From positions 1 to 64,000 of IMG/VR virus record IMGVR_UViG_3300008267_000014: a stretch of DNA of 64,000 nt; one strand, 5' to 3'. Below the pieces are notes generated by a model. That model ran no database searches and was not told the origin of the DNA. It saw only the letters and a list, made by a program, of their open reading frames with translations. Position numbers and translations under genes: made by a program. Position 1 is the first letter of the stretch. Every line of letters starts with the position of its first letter. The DNA comes from a virus. Below are positions 62,124 through 64,000 of this stretch, piece after piece.

Positions 62124-63266
62124 TTAACTTCTATTGTAAAATGGGTCAGAAATGACTACTGTACAACAATTACATCCTGTGATACTGGCATTACTTAAAG
62201 ATATATTAGAACTGTCAAATGTTGATGAACAACAATCTAAATATGAACCGGCATAATTTTCTAAATCAAATCCAAATGGTATTGGAGTCCATTCATCAGG
62301 TGGTAACCAAGCACCAGGAGGTGTTGGAGTTGGAGTCGGTGTTTGAGTAGGAGTGAGTGTTGGTGTGTTATTACAAGTTTTATTAAGGGTACTAACAGTT
62401 TGAATTGTGAAAGTATCTGTTGATGTTATTGTTATAGTATTCCTATTGTGTGAAACGTTTCTAGTATATGTTAAATAAGATTGACACCCTATTTGAGCAT
62501 TTGGTTGAGTTGATTCCACCGTATTATCAATATATGAAATTGGATTACCATTTTTCAATACTTGTGTTGTGAATGTGTAGTTAGCTGAATTAGAATAAGG
62601 TGTTCGTATAAATTGACTATATAAACTCATATCAAATGTAATTGTTACACCGTTTGGTAAAGGTGGTGATACTGATAACGAATATGTGTCTTGAACAGTT
62701 GTTGTGGTTGTTGTTGAAACTAACGTTGCTGAACCAAGTAACGACGCTGTTAGAGTATATTGTGTTGGTGAAGTTTGTTGGGCTAAAGTAACTGTTGAAG
62801 ATACTACAGTACCTACATTATCAATAACTTTAACTGAATATTGACCACCACACAAACCATTAGCTATTGCTGATGTACCATATGTTAATCCATTATTAAA
62901 TGAATAACCGTAAGGTGGTACACCGCCTGTTGCTTGAATGGTAATTGTACCGTCACAAGTACAGGTTGGATTACTAAGACTAGTGGTAAATTCTAATAGG
63001 TCTAATGGCGGACAAACACCTTGGTTTGCGTCAACACTATAACTATCGCCAATTACCGTCCAATTATTATTTATTGGTGGATAAGCTGGATTAGTATTAA
63101 TTACTTGAGTTGAACCCAAACTTGACCCTGACATTCTCCAAGCATTTATTGATGTATCCCAAATTATTTTAAGTGTACTATCATCTGACAACCATGATTG
63201 ATAACCATTATAAGTTCCATTTGGGTTGAAATGTGCGTTAGTTTTATATTGACCTTCGAAAAACAT
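62124..63266 (-). CDS. SprB-repeat / PT-repeat structural protein (possibly the C-terminal half of a split gene)
   Basis: DGTITIQATGGVPPYGYS..GLCGGQYSVKVID; PTPTPP tract. Confidence 0.6.
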   Translation of the reverse strand: MFFEGQYKTNAHFNPNGTYNGYQSWLSDDSTLKIIWDTSINAWRMSGSSLGSTQVINTNPAYPPINNNWTVIGDSYSVDANQGVCPPLDLLEFTTSLSNPTCTCDGTITIQATGGVPPYGYSFNNGLTYGTSAIANGLCGGQYSVKVIDNVGTVVSSTVTLAQQTSPTQYTLTASLLGSATLVSTTTTTTVQDTYSLSVSPPLPNGVTITFDMSLYSQFIRTPYSNSANYTFTTQVLKNGNPISYIDNTVESTQPNAQIGCQSYLTYTRNVSHNRNTITITSTDTFTIQTVSTLNKTCNNTPTLTPTQTPTPTPTPPGAWLPPDEWTPIPFGFDLENYAGSYLDCCSSTFDSSNISLSNASITGCNCCTVVISDPFYNRS

Positions 63267-63270
63267 ATTA

Positions 63271-63657
63271 TTAATTAATTATTGTAAAATTTAAGCAAAA
63301 ATCATATAACTCAGGTACAGGTGTTGGTGTTGGTGTAGGTGATGGTGATGGAGTTGTCGTTGCTGATAAAACACAAACTTGAGTTAATTGAAAATCGTTA
63401 TAGTAATCTTTTATTGTTGCGGTATAAGTCCCAATACTTAGATTAGTTATTGTATCACCTATACCACCATTATCCCATTGAATGTCATAAGGATATGTAC
63501 CACCAGTTATGATTAGACTTGCGATACCATCTGTTGACGTAGTACTTGATGGGTTAGTTGAATTACAAATAACTGACATTGGAAATATAGTTATCACACC
63601 ACATTCATTTCTTTCTGTTGGGGTGTTTGTTGAAAATATATTTCGTTTTTTAACCAT
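63271..63657 (-). CDS. SprB-repeat / PT-repeat protein (possibly the N-terminal half of a split gene)
   Basis: DGIASLIITGGTYPYDIQW..NLSIGTYTATIKD; PSPSPTPTP. Confidence 0.6.
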   Translation of the reverse strand: MVKKRNIFSTNTPTERNECGVITIFPMSVICNSTNPSSTTSTDGIASLIITGGTYPYDIQWDNGGIGDTITNLSIGTYTATIKDYYNDFQLTQVCVLSATTTPSPSPTPTPTPVPELYDFCLNFTIIN

Positions 63658-63726
63658 TTTATATTTTTACTATATAAATAATCAATAATTTGGTTTTTTG
63701 TATTAAAAAGTTATAATAATACTATA

Positions 63727-63999
63727 CTATATAATATAATATGGGTTAACATATGTTGCAACACCACCTTCGAAAGTGTATGCTAAATTCCAATAATATA
63801 ATGGCATACCGTTAGAGACCTCTTTTCCGAATATTTTAAAATCATCGTAATTTGATGGTGCGTTATGTAAAACGACATAAAATGAAGAATGATATTGGTT
63901 ATAAGTTGTCCCATCATCATCTCTTGGGTATAATGTTGGTAAATCAGGACAAACAATTGAAACTAAATTAGGTATCGATTCATTATTACCGAAAGAATC
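63727..63999 (-). CDS. 3' end of a hypothetical protein continuing beyond the window
   Basis: Open frame DSFGNNESIP...YVNPYYII ending in TAG at 63727-63729. Confidence 0.65.
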   Translation of the reverse strand, partial: DSFGNNESIPNLVSIVCPDLPTLYPRDDDGTTYNQYHSSFYVVLHNAPSNYDDFKIFGKEVSNGMPLYYWNLAYTFEGGVATYVNPYYII

Positions 64000-64000
64000 T

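Noticed and set aside
1-64000. Stop-codon reassignment as in some large phages
   Set aside because: Genes are intact and densely packed under code 11. TGA ends several genes and TAG appears to end the last partial gene.

Overview
This window is a gene-dense, strongly AT-rich fragment of a large tailed dsDNA bacteriophage with a contractile, T4/CIS-like tail. ORFs read through under genetic code 11. Layout: (1) 235-17104, tail module: tube, a free-standing Hef-like endonuclease, tail chaperone plus an unannotated +1-frame extension, tape measure, tube initiator with an OmpA-like insert, LysM/gp53-like protein and a large hub protein. (2) 18192-26639, replication and nucleotide module: gp32-like SSB, UvsX/RecA, 5'-3' exonuclease, DnaB-like helicase, class Ia NrdB/NrdA. 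(3) 26726-44054, baseplate wedge and structural genes. (4) 44112-59031, fibre/adhesin island: two Cys-rich SHAEG (YadA-like) repeat proteins, a GNVGIGT-repeat fibre and a protein with a ~550-aa Thr/Pro mucin-like tract, interrupted by an opposite-strand glycosyltransferase plus FkbM methyltransferase cassette. (5) 59087-64000, minus-strand RuvC-like and structural genes. Top hypotheses are a phage-encoded virion glycosylation system acting on Thr/Pro-rich and/or Cys-rich appendage proteins, a programmed +1 frameshift (UUU_UUU_CGC) in the tail chaperone, and a hairpin-silenced nuclease fused to a Mom/GNAT-like domain. No rRNA, tRNA or CRISPR array was seen. All family assignments come from motif recognition by eye; no database searches were run.
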